Below, piece by piece: positions 9,013 through 21,214 of a stretch of DNA of 23,364 nt (positions are counted from its first letter, which is position 1; every line of letters begins with the position of its first letter). Below the pieces are notes generated by a model. The model was not told where the DNA came from. It made no database searches and was given only the letters and a program-made list of their open reading frames with translations. The position numbers were made by a program, and so were the translations under genes. Source of the DNA: Tubiluchus corallicola (taxonomy: Eukaryota > Animalia > Priapulida); the NCBI GenBank assembly GCA_030141605.1, contig JAQGDQ010000441.1, positions 173,260 through 196,623 of the forward strand, given 5' to 3'.

Positions 9013-10113
9013 ATGGACCAAGGTTCCAGTTATGACCATCAATGGATCAAGCCTTCAGTTGCAACCATCAATGGATCAAGCCTTCAGCTGCGACCATCAA
9101 AGGACCAAGGATACAGTTGTGACCATCAATGGACCAAGGTTATAGTTGTGACCATCAATGGACCAAGGCTTCAGTTGTGAACATCAATGGACCAAGGATA
9201 CAGTTGTGAACATCAATGGACCAAGGCTTCAGTTGTGAACATCAATGGACCAAGGATACAGTTGTGACCATCAATGGACCAAGGATACAGTTGTGACCAT
9301 CAATGGACCAAGGCTTCAATTATGACCATCAATGGACCAAGGCTTCAGTTATGACCATCAATGGACCAAGGCTTCAGTTGTGACCATCAATGGACCAAGG
9401 CTTCAGTTGTGACCATCAATGGACCAAGGCTTCAGTTGTGACCATCAATGGACCAAGGCTTCAGTTGTGACCATCAATGGACCAAGGATACAGTTGTGAC
9501 CATCAATGGACCAAGGATACAGTTGTGACCATCAATGGACCAAGGATACAGTTGTGACCATCAATGGACCAAGGCTTCAGTTATGACAATCAATGGACCA
9601 AGGCTTCAGTTATGACCATCAATGGACCAAGGCTTCAATTATGACCATCAATGGACCAAGGGTTCAGTTATGATCATCAATGGACCAAGGCTTCAGTTGT
9701 GACCATCAATGGACCAAGGTTTTAGTTGGGGCCATCAATGGACCAAGGATACAGTTTTGACCATCAATGGACCAAGGCTTCAGTTGTGACCATCAATGGA
9801 CCAAGGATACAGTTGTGACCATCAATGGACCAAGGCTTCAGTTGTGACTATCAATGGACCAAGGTTTCAGTTGTGACCATCAATGGACCAAGGTTTTAGT
9901 TGGGGCCATCAATGGACCAAGGATACAGTTTTGACCATCAATGGACCAAGGCTTCAGTTTTGACCATCAATGGACCAAGGATACAGATGTGACCATCAAT
10001 GGACCAAGGATACAGTTGTGATCATCAATGGACCAAGGCTATAGTTGTGACCATCAATGGACGAAGGATACAGTTATGACCATCAATGGACCAAGGTTTT
10101 AGTTGGGGCCATC
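9013..10113. repeat. 29-bp minisatellite, ~38 copies (CCATCAATGGACCAAGGCTTCAGTTGTGA), ferritin A intron 3
   Basis: Head-to-tail units without spacers; GCTT/GATA/GTTT variants. Confidence 0.97.
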
Positions 10114-10294
10114 TCAGATTGGCTTCATCCGTACTTCTTAATTTTAACTAACTATGTGTGTATTTCTGGGTCTAAGAGCAAACTTAGGGAGTCAGGTGGT
10201 GAGTATAAGCAAGGAAGTGTCCAGTATAGTTCTCATATTAATACTTCATAACCAAGGAATGACTGACAATAATAAGACTTTTCAACACACTTAC

Positions 10295-10420
10295 GTGAGG
10301 ATCAAAGTGATCACTCGCCAGTTTATGCAAGTCGAGTAAAGCCTGGTTCACATTCTTCTCCAGCTGTAGCGCAGCCTGCAGTGCCTCTAGTGGTGTTCCC
10401 CACGAGTCTTTTTCCGGTTT
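10295..10420 (-). CDS. FTH1: Ferritin A exon 3
   Basis: ttccag|[42 protein letters not shown]|gtaagt. Confidence 0.96.
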
Positions 10421-10621
10421 CTGGAAGTTTCAGAGAAACAACAACATTTTAATGCACAGATTTCAGAAATTGAACGTAATGGTTTAGCACCTTACAGAGT
10501 TTTGAGTTATAGAGCTGAACGATCTCCACTTGCGCCTGACTACCAAGTATGAAATTTGGTATCTGTATGCCACAAACATGTTCAGATATTGCACATTACT
10601 GCGACAAATCTAACATATTAC

Positions 10622-11057
10622 TAGGGGTGAGCATTCTCTACTAGAATGCGAGTTCGAATCGAATTTGTGACTTTCAAATTCGAATTGAATTTGTGACTTT
10701 CGAATTAGAATCAAATCGAATTTCAGTATTTCGAATCCGAATCGAATTTGAATTGAGTTTGAAAGATTTTTGAGCCACCAGAAAAGTGGTTTTATAAAGA
10801 TAATGCATATTGTTTGATTTTGTCCTGCACTAAAACCACAATTAGTTTATTAAAAATTTTGGACGGAAACTGCAGCTAAATTGTGCTATTTGCCTGCCGT
10901 TTCAAACATTTTAATGCTAAAGAGCGTATGTGGGTGAAGAAGTGCCGAATTATTTGAATCTATGATTTTTGGTTCAAATCGAATTCGAATTAAAAAAACA
11001 AAACTCATTTGAATCGAATTCGGGCGTTCGAACTCAAACGTTCGATGCTCACCCCTA
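10622..11057 (-). mobile_element. hAT-like MITE family H, copy 2
   Basis: TIR TAGGGGTGAGCAT...ATGCTCACCCCTA; 8-bp flanks CATATTAC / CAAATTAT (6/8); TTCGAA-rich subterminal repeats; reverse orientation to copies 1 and 3. Confidence 0.88.
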
Positions 11058-11786
11058 CAAATTATATCTTTTACTCATAGCTAATAAATATAATCAGGAC
11101 CAGGTTTGTAAGTTTGCTAGTTTACTTTCCAGATCGTAAAGTAGGTTTGCTAGTGGATTAAACTTGCACAACTTTTCTCCTTAACTATTCTTGTTTTGTT
11201 GTTACGTCCATTTTAAAAGCATAATTAATTAATTATATCTGGCTCTAGTGGCACCTTTAGTAAATTCAGTAAGGTTTTAATCGTGAAAAATAAGTCTAAA
11301 ACTTAGTCATCGCTCAACGTCTATTGCACAAACTTAGTCAATGCCCAACAAATGACCTCAACAAATGCCAGTGACAACAATGTGATATAATATACTATGG
11401 TTTTCATTAGTGCAAAGAATGTACGAACTACGCAGTTCTCAATTAAAACCGGTTTAATCATGTGATACTGACACTTCAAAGGTAAAAGAAGTACGGTGAC
11501 CTCACTAAAGTTTTCTAGCAAACACGGCAGGATGCGCCCACAGAAAACGCAAGTCAACAGGAAGTGTCTGTGATACGGATGTGGCGGTAACGCACACGTG
11601 ATTTTGACACATACAAACAAACAAACATGGACATCAACATACTTGCGAAAAAGTCCTGGATGTTTTTCTACCAATTCACGGAGTTACGAAGTTCATAGAA
11701 GCACAAATTTCTGCATAAACTATAAAGTTGAAAATCTGGGTTTCTGCACATTTCAGAAGTACAACATTCATTACAAATTCACTTAA

Positions 11787-12336
11787 AGGAAAACCCGGAC
11801 GATTGTGTAAACATTAGTTCAGAATAAAGAATGCTCTAAAATACTGAAAACTACAATAGCTTTTTTTAAATCAAAGCTTAGATTAAATAATGATTACCTC
11901 CGATACTCAAATTTCGTTAAACTTTTAAAGCTACGCGCAGCTCAGTGAATCTACTAAGATTGGCAACGGCGCCTTTTTGTCACATTCGCGTGGCCACCAA
12001 ATAGAAGGCGGTACCGTGATAACCTTGATCATGAACTCCAGTGTTAGTTTCTGACGTCATATGATGTAGAGCCCATTTTTCGTGACATCATGTGTTTAAA
12101 CAGTACTGTAACACTTATGCAAACGTGCTTGACGCACAAGGGAAGATGCCTGCCATTGCATAAACTGTGGTTAGTTTCTAACGCAAGCTATAGCTGTGTT
12201 CGGTTGGCGTTAATTAACTTTCTAAGCTAATTATTCAAATATGAGGAACAATTGTTAACTTTTATATACAAGAAAATGTATATTTTGGACAGTAAATTAA
12301 AATGAGATTGAGTCTAAACAATCATCCGGTTTTCTT
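11787..12336 (+). mobile_element. Kolobok-like non-autonomous DNA transposon, family K copy 1
   Basis: TTAA|AGGAAAACCCGGACGATTG...CAATCATCCGGTTTTCTT|TTGA; reverse-complement homolog at 17446-17974. TTAA target plus RR..YY termini fits Kolobok. Confidence 0.8.
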
Positions 12337-13164
12337 TTGAAGCGCTCACCAAATTCAGTCATAAAATTCTAAATGTTAGTAAGTGCAGTTAATATCAGCG
12401 TTTGAACAGGTATGAGTTATAAGAATGTACAATAGTTTTGCAACCATAACACAACATTTTTTTACGAGAATGACATAATCACGGTACCACTGTATCTGAC
12501 TAGCTGCATTTTAGGTAACAGTAGCCTAAACTCAACAGAAATCTGGTTCGTAAACTTACATGTCAACAGCTAAAAACAACTAAAAATTACAGCTCGACTA
12601 ATACCCTAGTACACCGTCTCCGCAGATGGATTACTTAAATACTTAACAAAAAACTGTTTTGTGTAGTGATGGGCGATTTTGAAATTTTCTAAGTCGATTA
12701 CAATCTTGTTCTTGTCATTCAATATCACGATTAATCTTTTGCTGTAATTTTCTAGTGTTTTCGCCATATTTTTCAAACATAGCAGCACTGAAATATCGCC
12801 TATAAACTTTCGTCGCTGTCCGCCATTTTCATACTCGTAAACTATTTTTATAGACACGTACATTCATTAACTACTCTATTACTACGTCAACTGAAAACAA
12901 ATAAGAAGCCCCAGTTTACAACACCGTGGTTTCCAATTGTGTGCATCGTGTAAGGTGAGAAAAACGAAGAAAAAATGCAAAGATTCCGTTCACTTGTGTT
13001 ACACACCGTGTCTTTTAGTCAGTGTGTAACATGTATATTTTGCTCTCGACTTACTGAATTACTGTTCAATAGCTGATTACATTGATTTACACATGGTTGT
13101 TATCTCGATTAATACGATTAATCTATTAGTCACTCATCACTACTCCCTTGCCCTATAAATTAAC

Positions 13165-13221
13165 ATAATAATAATAATTTATTTGCCTCAAATCCATAAC
13201 ATGCTCTACGGCTTTACAATC
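13165..13221 (-). mobile_element. L2-type LINE/SINE 3' tail
   Basis: Minus strand TTGTAAAGCCGTAGAGC...GGCAAATAAATTATTATTATTAT resembles the L2 3' stem-loop (TGTAAAGCGC.TTGAG...) plus (ATT)n tail. Confidence 0.5.
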
Positions 13222-13310
13222 AAAAACAGATGAAAAGACGAGTAAAAATACATCATAATGAACTTAAGAATTATATGCTACAATAAAGGTAAAAAGGCAT
13301 AGTTAAAATA

Positions 13311-13442
13311 CACATACAATACAATGCTACAACACATACAATACAATGCTACAGCACATACAGTACAATGCTACAGCACATACAGTACAATGCTACAGCA
13401 CATACCATACAATGCTACAGCACATACAATACAATGCTACAG
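13311..13442. repeat. 22-bp tandem repeat x6 (CACATACAATACAATGCTACAG)
   Basis: Units start at 13311, 13333, 13355, 13377, 13399, 13421. Confidence 0.93.
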
Positions 13443-13607
13443 ATACAATGTGAGACATAATGAAAATCCAATTTAAATTAATTTGGTTATGTAATTATAG
13501 ACTAAAAGCTTTTTCATCATGTAAATCCAAAATTTCCTCAAAATATAAAACATATCTTATAAGAGATCAAGAATTACAAATTCTATAAAAAAAACTATTA
13601 AACTAAC

Positions 13608-13754
13608 CTGAATGTTTTGCAAAACGATAGTTCCTCCGCGTTTGTTTTGATACTTCATGAACTTCTCAGCATGCTCACGTTCCTCTTCGCTGGCTTTTTT
13701 GAAGAATTTATGCATACCAGGGAAAGAAACGTCGTCGCGATGAAAATACCACGC
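13608..13754 (-). CDS. FTH1: Ferritin A exon 2
   Basis: tattag|[49 protein letters not shown]|gttagt; contains the ferritin signature [18 protein letters not shown]. Confidence 0.97.
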
Positions 13755-13929
13755 CTAATAAGAAAACTCTATTAATTTTGTTATTTTACAGCAGAAAAAC
13801 TAAGTATGCAATTATTTACAGTTTAACTAACCAATTTAATTTATCAGACATCAATATAGAGACAATTTAATGTGTCAGTTATTAATCACTCTAATAACAA
13901 GTTCAAGAGCTAATAATTCACTTCTTTAA

Positions 13930-14462
13930 AGGAAAGGTCAACCCGTCTGGAAAGTTAGACTTATTTCAATGTTCGCGAAAAATGTTAGAAGGATTTAGTA
14001 ATAAAACTGCAATAAGCGCCTCGTGTAATTAGTAAAATCAATTTAAAGTCGAGATCACTTCGTGCTTGGACGCTCCCATTTTCAATGCCCATTCATTTTC
14101 CAATGACGCTGTTCGTCTTGAAAAAAGTAGTGCACTGTCAATCTTCAACAAAAGTTAATGAGTTTTTACAAAAAGATTAGCTAGCTGATTTTGTAGTATT
14201 TTTAGATGTACATTAGGTAAGCTGGATAAAGTATAATTAGTTTAAGCAGCGCGCACATGGAAAGCCACAAACTCCCCCAGTTAGGTCATAATTTTCAAAC
14301 GAATGGCCACAACCACCAAATTTAAAAATTTCTACTCAGAGGTAGTATATTTTAGATTTATGCTTTATAGGCAGTTTTTTGGAAATTTCGTCGATATATT
14401 TTTCTAAGTTTAAGTGATAACACTAAAATAAACCCAGCATACTGAGTGACTTGTTCTTTCCT
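13930..14462. mobile_element. Second Kolobok-like element (different family)
   Basis: TTAA|AGGAAAG...CTTTCCT|CTAA; short TIR only, single copy in the window. Confidence 0.45.
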
Positions 14463-15314
14463 CTAATAATAACAATACACACTTCTTTGTTTGTTTACTT
14501 GTTGTTGTTTACTTCTTTCTCTCTATTAATCTTCTTCTTCCTCTCTATGTTTACTTCTTTCTCTCTATTAATTTGCAGTTTAGGTGTTTGCTGTTCAAAT
14601 ATATATACAAATTAAGTTACAATAATGGTTCTAATTTTAAATAAAGGTACAGTTTTTATGTCTATGCAAGCTAGGGCCCAGGATCCAATGACAGAATCTA
14701 CTCTTAATGTAATGTAGTAGATGGTTATGGAAGGATTATGATAGCTCTCTATCAAGGATAAGACAAAGTAATTTATAGTCAAATATGCATCTATACCCCT
14801 TTATACTGGGATTTTGCACTCAAAAGACTACCCAAGAAGCATGAAGAATCTCTGAAGAACTGATGATGATGGTAGTGGAGATCCTCGGGTAAATAATAGC
14901 TGAAAAAGCTGAGAAAAAGTTCTATTCGATGGCCTATTTATTCACTAACAAAGCTTGGCATTATTTTCGGTTGTTAAAAATATACTGCTGGAACAAAACT
15001 ACCTAAACTAGGTCTATCTTTCGTTATTGGTTAGTTAACTAAGTGGTGTTACACTGTATTTCTAGCTACGAAAAAAATTGTTAACTTTTAATCTAAACCT
15101 TGATATTATCAAGTTAAGTAAACAAAACTAATCCGAACAGAATGCATTTATTAAACAGTAAAATTCATTAATCAATCATTGTGTAAGCGTAACATTTGTC
15201 AAGTCAATAAATTGAGAATACTCATTTAATAGCGTTTAGCCAATAACCAAAACAGTTTGAATGGTATTTCAAAATTCATTTTCATGATTTCAAAATAAAG
15301 ATACTTGACCTTAC

Positions 15315-15413
15315 CATGCTGCTGTAGACATAGCTGGCATACAGTTCCAAATTTATTTGCTTGTTGACTGAAGCTTCAGTTTCCTGATGATAATTCTGAC
15401 GTATCTCAGACAT
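15315..15413 (-). CDS. FTH1: Ferritin A exon 1 (coding part)
   Basis: aaaccATG; [33 protein letters not shown]|gtaagg. Confidence 0.97.
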
Positions 15414-15488
15414 GGTTTCTTTTCTAATGTTTCAATCTTCACAAAGTATAAAAATTAGTAAAAAACTGAGGTAGAAAGTCAAGAATTT

Positions 15489-15516
15489 GTTCGTTCACAC
15501 ACTGATGAAGCGAAAC
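15489..15516 (-). promoter_or_regulatory. Iron-responsive element (IRE), ferritin A 5'-UTR
   Basis: Minus strand GTTTCG-C-TTCAT-CAGTGT-GTGAA-CGAAC: CAGUGN loop, 5-bp upper stem, unpaired C, lower stem; 76 nt upstream of ATG. Confidence 0.95.
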
Positions 15517-15570
15517 AAGAACCTTGACTATATTCAGTTAAAACTGCTACGTAAAAACTGCGCAATTCGC

Positions 15571-15579
15571 TTATATATA
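15571..15579 (-). promoter_or_regulatory. TATA box of ferritin A
   Basis: TATATATAA about 30 nt upstream of an Inr-like GCAGTT (15542-15547); places the IRE ~30 nt from the predicted cap. Confidence 0.75.
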
Positions 15580-16037
15580 CACATGGAAGACCTTTGGTGT
15601 TCGGAAAAGAAGAAACAAAATATGCTAATATAATTTGGAAATTATTGATGATCGACAACGCTAAGCACAACTTATCCCGGAAGACGGTTAATGCATTCAA
15701 GGAAAATAAAAACGCAAACTTTGGACCATAGCCAACTAGTCAGTCACACACTGCCCGAAGCACGCTGAGAATGGATTATTTTCCGTTGATAGGCTTCATA
15801 CTAGAGTTTAATAAGTTGACCGGAACTTTTATTATTAATTCCATTTGTTTCTTTTTTATTTTAGATGATTTTTCACTTGAAAAATCAAATTAAATCACGT
15901 CGGATCAAAATGTTTTTGTTATGATACTGGTATTGCTATGCGCATCTTTGGAGTAAGAAAATAAAGCAATGAGAAACATGAATCACTGAAAACAAAGTCT
16001 TTATGGCAATATTTATAAATCCTTTTTGCAAACGGAT

Positions 16038-16231
<194 letters not shown>

Positions 16232-17445
16232 TTTTATTCGTATAATATTAGTTATGCAGTAATACATACATGGTAGTTAACAAATCACAAAAATGGTTAA
16301 TTGGTTAGTGATAACAATATTTACAATGTTTTTTGTTCATACATGATTTATAATTTCTGTTAGTTCATAATGAGACAGTAGAAGATAGCATAACTTATCT
16401 AAATAATTCGAAAATTTCTAATGTTACATACCCATGTGCCATGTATTGTTCACTTGATCGATTTACAATAAGCTTTTTATAAACAATTGATTTTGCCTCT
16501 ACACAGTTATTGTTTAAATCTTCTTCCTTACAACTATATTCATAATTTAGAAAACGCAAGTTTCGTTCAATAACAATTGCAACAGACATTTACGAATTCT
16601 TTAACATGCATGAAACTAATAGCTTGCTATTACTACGAAGTCTAGCATAAAATTTTATAAATTTGCTAATGACCTACATTTTTGTAGATTTTAAGGTACT
16701 AATTGCTGTTAATACTCGAGTGTGTGACTGTGGATTGTATTTTTTTCAGTTAGGTTTATTCCTCAATAAACAAATACTTATGCATTACAAGTATTTGGAA
16801 GTTTAATAGCAGTATTCTTATAGCAATACAGCAGGCTGTCTAAAGTGCTCAATGCAGATGCTGCTTAGTGATGAGCCATAAAATGAGACATGGTGCACTT
16901 GTAACAATCTTATTTTCAGATTTCTGTTCAGTGAGATTGCGAAAATCGCCTATAAGTCTGTTTGCTTGACCAATGACTGACCTTCTTTGACATTATCGGC
17001 TTCACAAGACAGAAGATTTTCGCTAATGTGTCCTAGATGAGACAGGTTAGAGCTAGTCTGAATAGTTTCGACTGGATTGTACTTGGCTTCTATCAAGCTA
17101 AGAGTGAAGTGAACTGGGCTGAACTGCATAATTGATATTCGGAAGTTACAGATAAAGTGAAGTGAAGTGAGGCGAAGGGAAATAAATGTGATATTTGAGG
17201 TAAGATAATATAACAAGGTGTACGAGGTTAAGCAGCTGTTCAGGACTAAAAGCAAATGTGCTAAATGCAGTATCAGAAATGAAATCAGGTGAAGAAGGTG
17301 AAGTCAAGTCAGTTTTGTTTAGTGGAGCAGTTGATCGATTTTCTGCGAAATAACATTTCTCAGTTTTCATCACTCATCGATTCGCATTTTAAGCAGTAAT
17401 TACTGTAAGTGCTTAAATTACTCTCTCACCGATTCCCAACCTTAA

Positions 17446-17974
17446 AGAAAGACCAGACGATTGTTTAGACTCAATCTCATTTTAATTTACTGTCCAAAAT
17501 ATACATTTTCTTGCCTGTAAAAGTTAACAATTGTTTCTTATATTTGAATAGTTAGCTTTGAGAGTTAATTAATGGCAACTGAACTCAGCTATTGCTTGCG
17601 TCAGAAACTAACAACAGTTTCTGCAATGGTAAGCTTCTTCCCTTTCACATCAAGCACATTTGCATAAGTGTTACAGTAGTGCTTAAACGCATGATGCCAT
17701 GAAAAATGGGCTTTACCTCATGTGACGCCAGAAACTAGCACTGCAGATCATGATCATGCTATCGCGGTGCCGCCTCCTATTTGTCGGCCACGCGCATGTG
17801 ACAAAAGGGCGCCATTGCCAATCTTAGTAGATTCACTGAGTCGTGCGTAGCTTTGAAAGTTTAACGAAATTTGAATATCCGAGGTAATTGTTACATAATC
17901 TAAGCTTTGATTTAAAAAAAAACTTTTGTTTTCTTTATTCTGAACTAATGTTTACACAATCATCCGGTTTTCCT
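17446..17974 (-). mobile_element. Kolobok-like non-autonomous DNA transposon, family K copy 2
   Basis: TTAA|AGAAAGACCAGACGATTG...CAATCATCCGGTTTTCCT|TTAA; reverse complement of 11787-12336 along its length. Confidence 0.82.
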
Positions 17975-18029
17975 TTAACCAAAATAAAACTTGACAAACG
18001 TTTATAAGACGTCACTCAGGTTTAATAAG

Positions 18030-18035
18030 TTTATT
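18030..18035 (-). terminator. Candidate polyadenylation signal of ferritin B
   Basis: AATAAA on the minus strand ~95 nt after the stop, followed by ATTAAA (18021-18026). Confidence 0.6.
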
Positions 18036-18130
18036 CAAACATTACTAAAATGAATCATTACTATGATTACGAATTCCAGTGTGAATAAAATTCCTGAAAC
18101 TTCAACAAGGAATGATTAAATTTTCTCATT

Positions 18131-18271
18131 CTACGAGCTCATGTCTTCTCTGTCGAACACATACTCCCCGATCCCAGTGCCACAGCGCTTCAACTTGGTG
18201 ATCTTGTCACCCAAATTCTTGATTGCCTCCACTTGCTCACCCAAGAACTCTTTTTCAAGATAGTCAGTTAG
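18131..18271 (-). CDS. FTH1: Ferritin B exon 4
   Basis: tttcag|LTDYLEKEFLGEQVEAIKNLGDKITKLKRCGTGIGEYVFDREDMSS* (TAG 18131-18133). Confidence 0.96.
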   Translation of the reverse strand, partial: LTDYLEKEFLGEQVEAIKNLGDKITKLKRCGTGIGEYVFDREDMSS

Positions 18272-18492
18272 CTGAAAATATGATGCAATAAACTTTAGAA
18301 TTATTTCCTAGTTCAAGCGGACTACAAAAATTAAACGGATAAAGAAATTTGAAAAAAAAGCAAATATCTATGGCGCATTGAATATCGCACGGGAAGAAAG
18401 GGCACAAATGGAAAAATAGAAAAATGGCACCCCAATTTAAAATAATTTCCCGTACCCTAATCTCACCCTTAAACATTAAAACCTAGTTTAAC

Positions 18493-18569
18493 TGTTGTTG
18501 TTGTTGTTGTTGTTGTTGTTCTTGTGGTTGTTGTTGTTGTTGTGGTTGCTGTTGTTGTTGTTGCTGTTG

Positions 18570-18612
<43 letters not shown>

Positions 18613-18616
18613 GCTG
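18493..18616. repeat. Imperfect (GTT)n microsatellite
   Basis: Directly visible. Confidence 0.95.
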
Positions 18617-18695
18617 TCGCTAGAATTCTGCCTACTAGGTGTCTGTAATAGGCGTATATATGCTTGATGAAAACGATTGGCTTATTAATATAACA

Positions 18696-19501
18696 CTAGC
18701 AAAGGCCCCGCAAAAGATTTTTCGTATAAATACACATGTAATCAATAATACGCGAACATCCTACCTAGTCCTCATGTATAACGCAAAGCCCGTAACATCC
18801 TGCCTACTGTTTGTCTGTTTATCTAACGCAAAGCAGCTTTTACAGAATTAAAGTTATAAGATTATAGGCAGAGTACAATGGATGTCAGAACAATGGCTTT
18901 GCGTCAGCAGTTTTCTAAGCGAAAACTGTCGAAAATAGAACATCCAATTAACTCGTCGGTACTCCTCTCGGTGGACCTGCCCTAAAATATAACTCACATC
19001 ATCGTGTAGCCCTGTCCTTCCTCTTTGTAAAGAGCTATATATCTCCTTCCGAGAGTCCCACCAGGCGCCGCTAGAGCGTTTTTTCCGCAGGCTGTTTGGT
19101 CAAAATTTCGAAAAAATCGCGAGTTGTGTCCGGGAAAACGCCCGTTGCGGGACCCCGTGGCCCTCTCGCGAATTCTAAATAGGCCTATGACACCCATCGC
19201 TGAACGGGCTATCTATCCATACCCAGCACCCCCCTTGGCCCATTCCCGTTCTCTACATCTCAGCCGTATAACTTTTGCAAAAAACGGCCGAAAAATGGCC
19301 ATTTTTCGAGGTTTTTCGCCTCCCCTTCCTCGCGGTGGGCCCGATTCGAAAAATAAACCATCAATGAGAAGACACTAGATCGAGACCTTTCGTTTGATAT
19401 ATAGATCGCCGCAAATGGTGCCCTCGTCCGGGCTGTAGCCTCGAATCTTATATATAAATAAATATATTAAGATACCAAGAATATTAATATAAGAGTATAG
19501 A
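18696..19501 (-). mobile_element. Non-autonomous Helitron-like element, ferritin B intron 3
   Basis: Minus strand starts A|TCTATACT (19501; alternative A|TCTTAATAT at 19472) and ends imperfect hairpin CGAAAAAATCTTTGCG + GGGCCTTTGCTAG|T; GC-rich interior; no TIR or TSD. Confidence 0.62.
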
Positions 19502-19507
19502 TTGTGC

Positions 19508-19603
19508 TTTTAGATCTTAAAGGGAATTTAGGTACACGTACTCTGTTAATGTAACATTGTTTCAGATCTTGAAGGGAAATTTAGGTACACGTACTCTGTT
19601 AAT
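19508..19603. repeat. ~52-bp tandem duplication (AGATCTTRAAGGGAA.TTTAGGTACACGTACTCTGTTAAT x2)
   Basis: Two adjacent near-identical copies. Confidence 0.85.
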
Positions 19604-19694
19604 ATACGAAATTTAGAAAAGCTACATTTTTCCACACTATAATAATTTTACTATATCTGACGATCAGTCCATGTATAAACAGTTTTTGACTTAC

Positions 19695-19820
19695 GTGAGC
19701 GTCGCCATGACTGTCCGCAAGTTTATGCAGATTAAGGAGCGCCTGATTCATATCTCTTTCCAATTTCAACGCAACTTGCAGTGCATCTAGTGGCGTGCCC
19801 CATTCGTCTTTCTCTGGTTT
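19695..19820 (-). CDS. FTH1: Ferritin B exon 3
   Basis: ttacag|KPEKDEWGTPLDALQVALKLERDMNQALLNLHKLADSHGDAH|gtaagt. Confidence 0.96.
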
Positions 19821-19912
19821 CTGTAACGGAGACAACTTTGTAAGACCAAGCGTGCAACTGGATCCTAAACTTTTTTAGATCACCAAATCGTTCAAAATTG
19901 TAACGTGAGCAC

Positions 19913-20228
19913 TGGGGGTGAGCATCGGACGTTCGAACGAGTTTTTTAGTTCGAACTCGATTCGAATCCAAAACTATAGATTCGAATAATTCAGCGCTTC
20001 AATCACACATGTTCTTTATCACTAAAACGATTGAAACATCATGCAATTAGCATAATTTAGCTGTGATTTCTGCGCACAATTTTAAAGAAATTACTAGTCG
20101 TTTTATTGCAGAACAAAATTTATTGACTAATTTTTGCTGGTAGTTCGAAATCTTGGTCGATTAGAATTCGAAAGTCACAAATTCGGTTCGATTCGAATTC
20201 GCTTTCTGGTAGAGAATGCTCACCCCTA
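19913..20228 (+). mobile_element. hAT-like MITE family H, copy 3
   Basis: TGGGGGTGAGCAT...ATGCTCACCCCTA; 8-bp TSD GTGAGCAC / GTGAACAC (7/8). Confidence 0.88.
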
Positions 20229-20692
20229 GTGAACACGCAAAAATACCGAATATATTATTACGTACAGTATTACTGCAGTATTACACTTAAAATACTTGAT
20301 GACAGTTGACTGTTCAAGACTTGTTTTCATGTTAACTTTCTGTGTAAATATGGCTTCATAAATTTTATGGCATCGTGCAAATTTGAAAAAAAACACAATG
20401 AATATGTTACAGTAGTTCACCAAGAATTATAAATTATTTGGTTGACAGTAGTTTCGCGTACTAAAACAACAGAGCTACGTAAATTTCTTTCAGATGAAGT
20501 TATATGGGCCTAGCTTCGCAACTGTAGCTCAGGGACGAATTTTGTAGCATAAGGAATCATAACAAAACTTTTAGCTTTGTACGGTTATAAATTTGTACAC
20601 TGTTTGTTTAAAGCAGTAAAATGCAAATACTTTTGTGCAATGCTTTTGTCACCTTGGGCAGCTTAAGACTAAACAAAAGACGTTGACTCAGG

Positions 20693-21207
20693 GTAAGTTT
20701 ACTGAAAGTAGCAATGAACAAAGATGGATGATCCACTGTGTGTATTTTTATGTTAAAGGACAAGAAAAGGGGCACCTGAAGTAGGTTTCAGAAAGTATAC
20801 TACTGATCTATAGCAATTTTATGCCTATATCGTACTCGCGTTAAAAGGATTTTTTGTTTATTGTCATTTTAAATCTCCCTCAATACTGTTCCGATGGTGC
20901 CATTACATGACATCATACATGCACAACATAAGTCAGGGGAAGAAAAGGAAGTGTTAAAGTTGTTGAAAGTTTATGTATGTCTATTGTAAGTACGCCAAGC
21001 GTAAGTTTATTGAAAGTAGCAATGAACCAAGATGGATGATCCACTGTGTGTATTTTTACGTTAAAGGACAAGAAAAGGGCTACCTGAAGTGGGTTTCAGA
21101 AAAATCGCCTTAAGATATTATATTACTTTATAGCAATTTTGCGCGTATATCGTACCAGCATTGAATAGATTTTTTTTTCATTTTAAATTTCCCGCGACAC
21201 CGTACCA
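20693..21207. repeat. ~200-bp direct duplication (20693-~20892 and 21001-~21207)
   Basis: GTAAGTTTAYTGAAAGTAGCAATGAAC.AAGATGGATGATCCACTGTGTGTATTTTTAYGTTAAAGGACAAGAAAAGGG occurs twice, 308 bp apart. Confidence 0.88.
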
Positions 21208-21214
21208 GGTCCTG

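Larger units (their letters stand above)
8390..15413 (-). other. FTH1: Gene span: ferritin A (cytosolic H-type/soma ferritin, 169 aa, 4 exons)
   Basis: Exons of 99/147/126/138 nt with three phase-0 introns at the same positions as vertebrate FTH1. Ferroxidase ligands E27, Y34, E61, E62, H65, E107, Q141 (human numbering) are present; no signal peptide. Symbol means FTH1-like, not strict orthology. Confidence 0.96.

Noticed and set aside
9013-10113. CRISPR-like appearance of the 29-bp repeat (also the 24- and 49-bp arrays)
   Set aside because: Units are contiguous with no unique spacers, there are no cas genes, and the context is a eukaryotic intron or promoter.
15743-15761. Second IRE-like string GCTTCGGG-CAGTGT-GTGAC upstream of ferritin A
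   Set aside because: The upper stem does not pair and it lies upstream of the TATA box, so it is probably not in the mRNA; chance or relic.
16380-17400. Possible decayed LINE ORF1/endonuclease remnant on the minus strand (SVAIVIERNLRF..., CYKC)
   Set aside because: Only weak, interrupted motif resemblance; cannot be supported without a translated search.
18994-19378. GC-rich ORFs suggesting a small gene
   Set aside because: They lie inside the Helitron-like element and show no recognisable domain or splice pattern.
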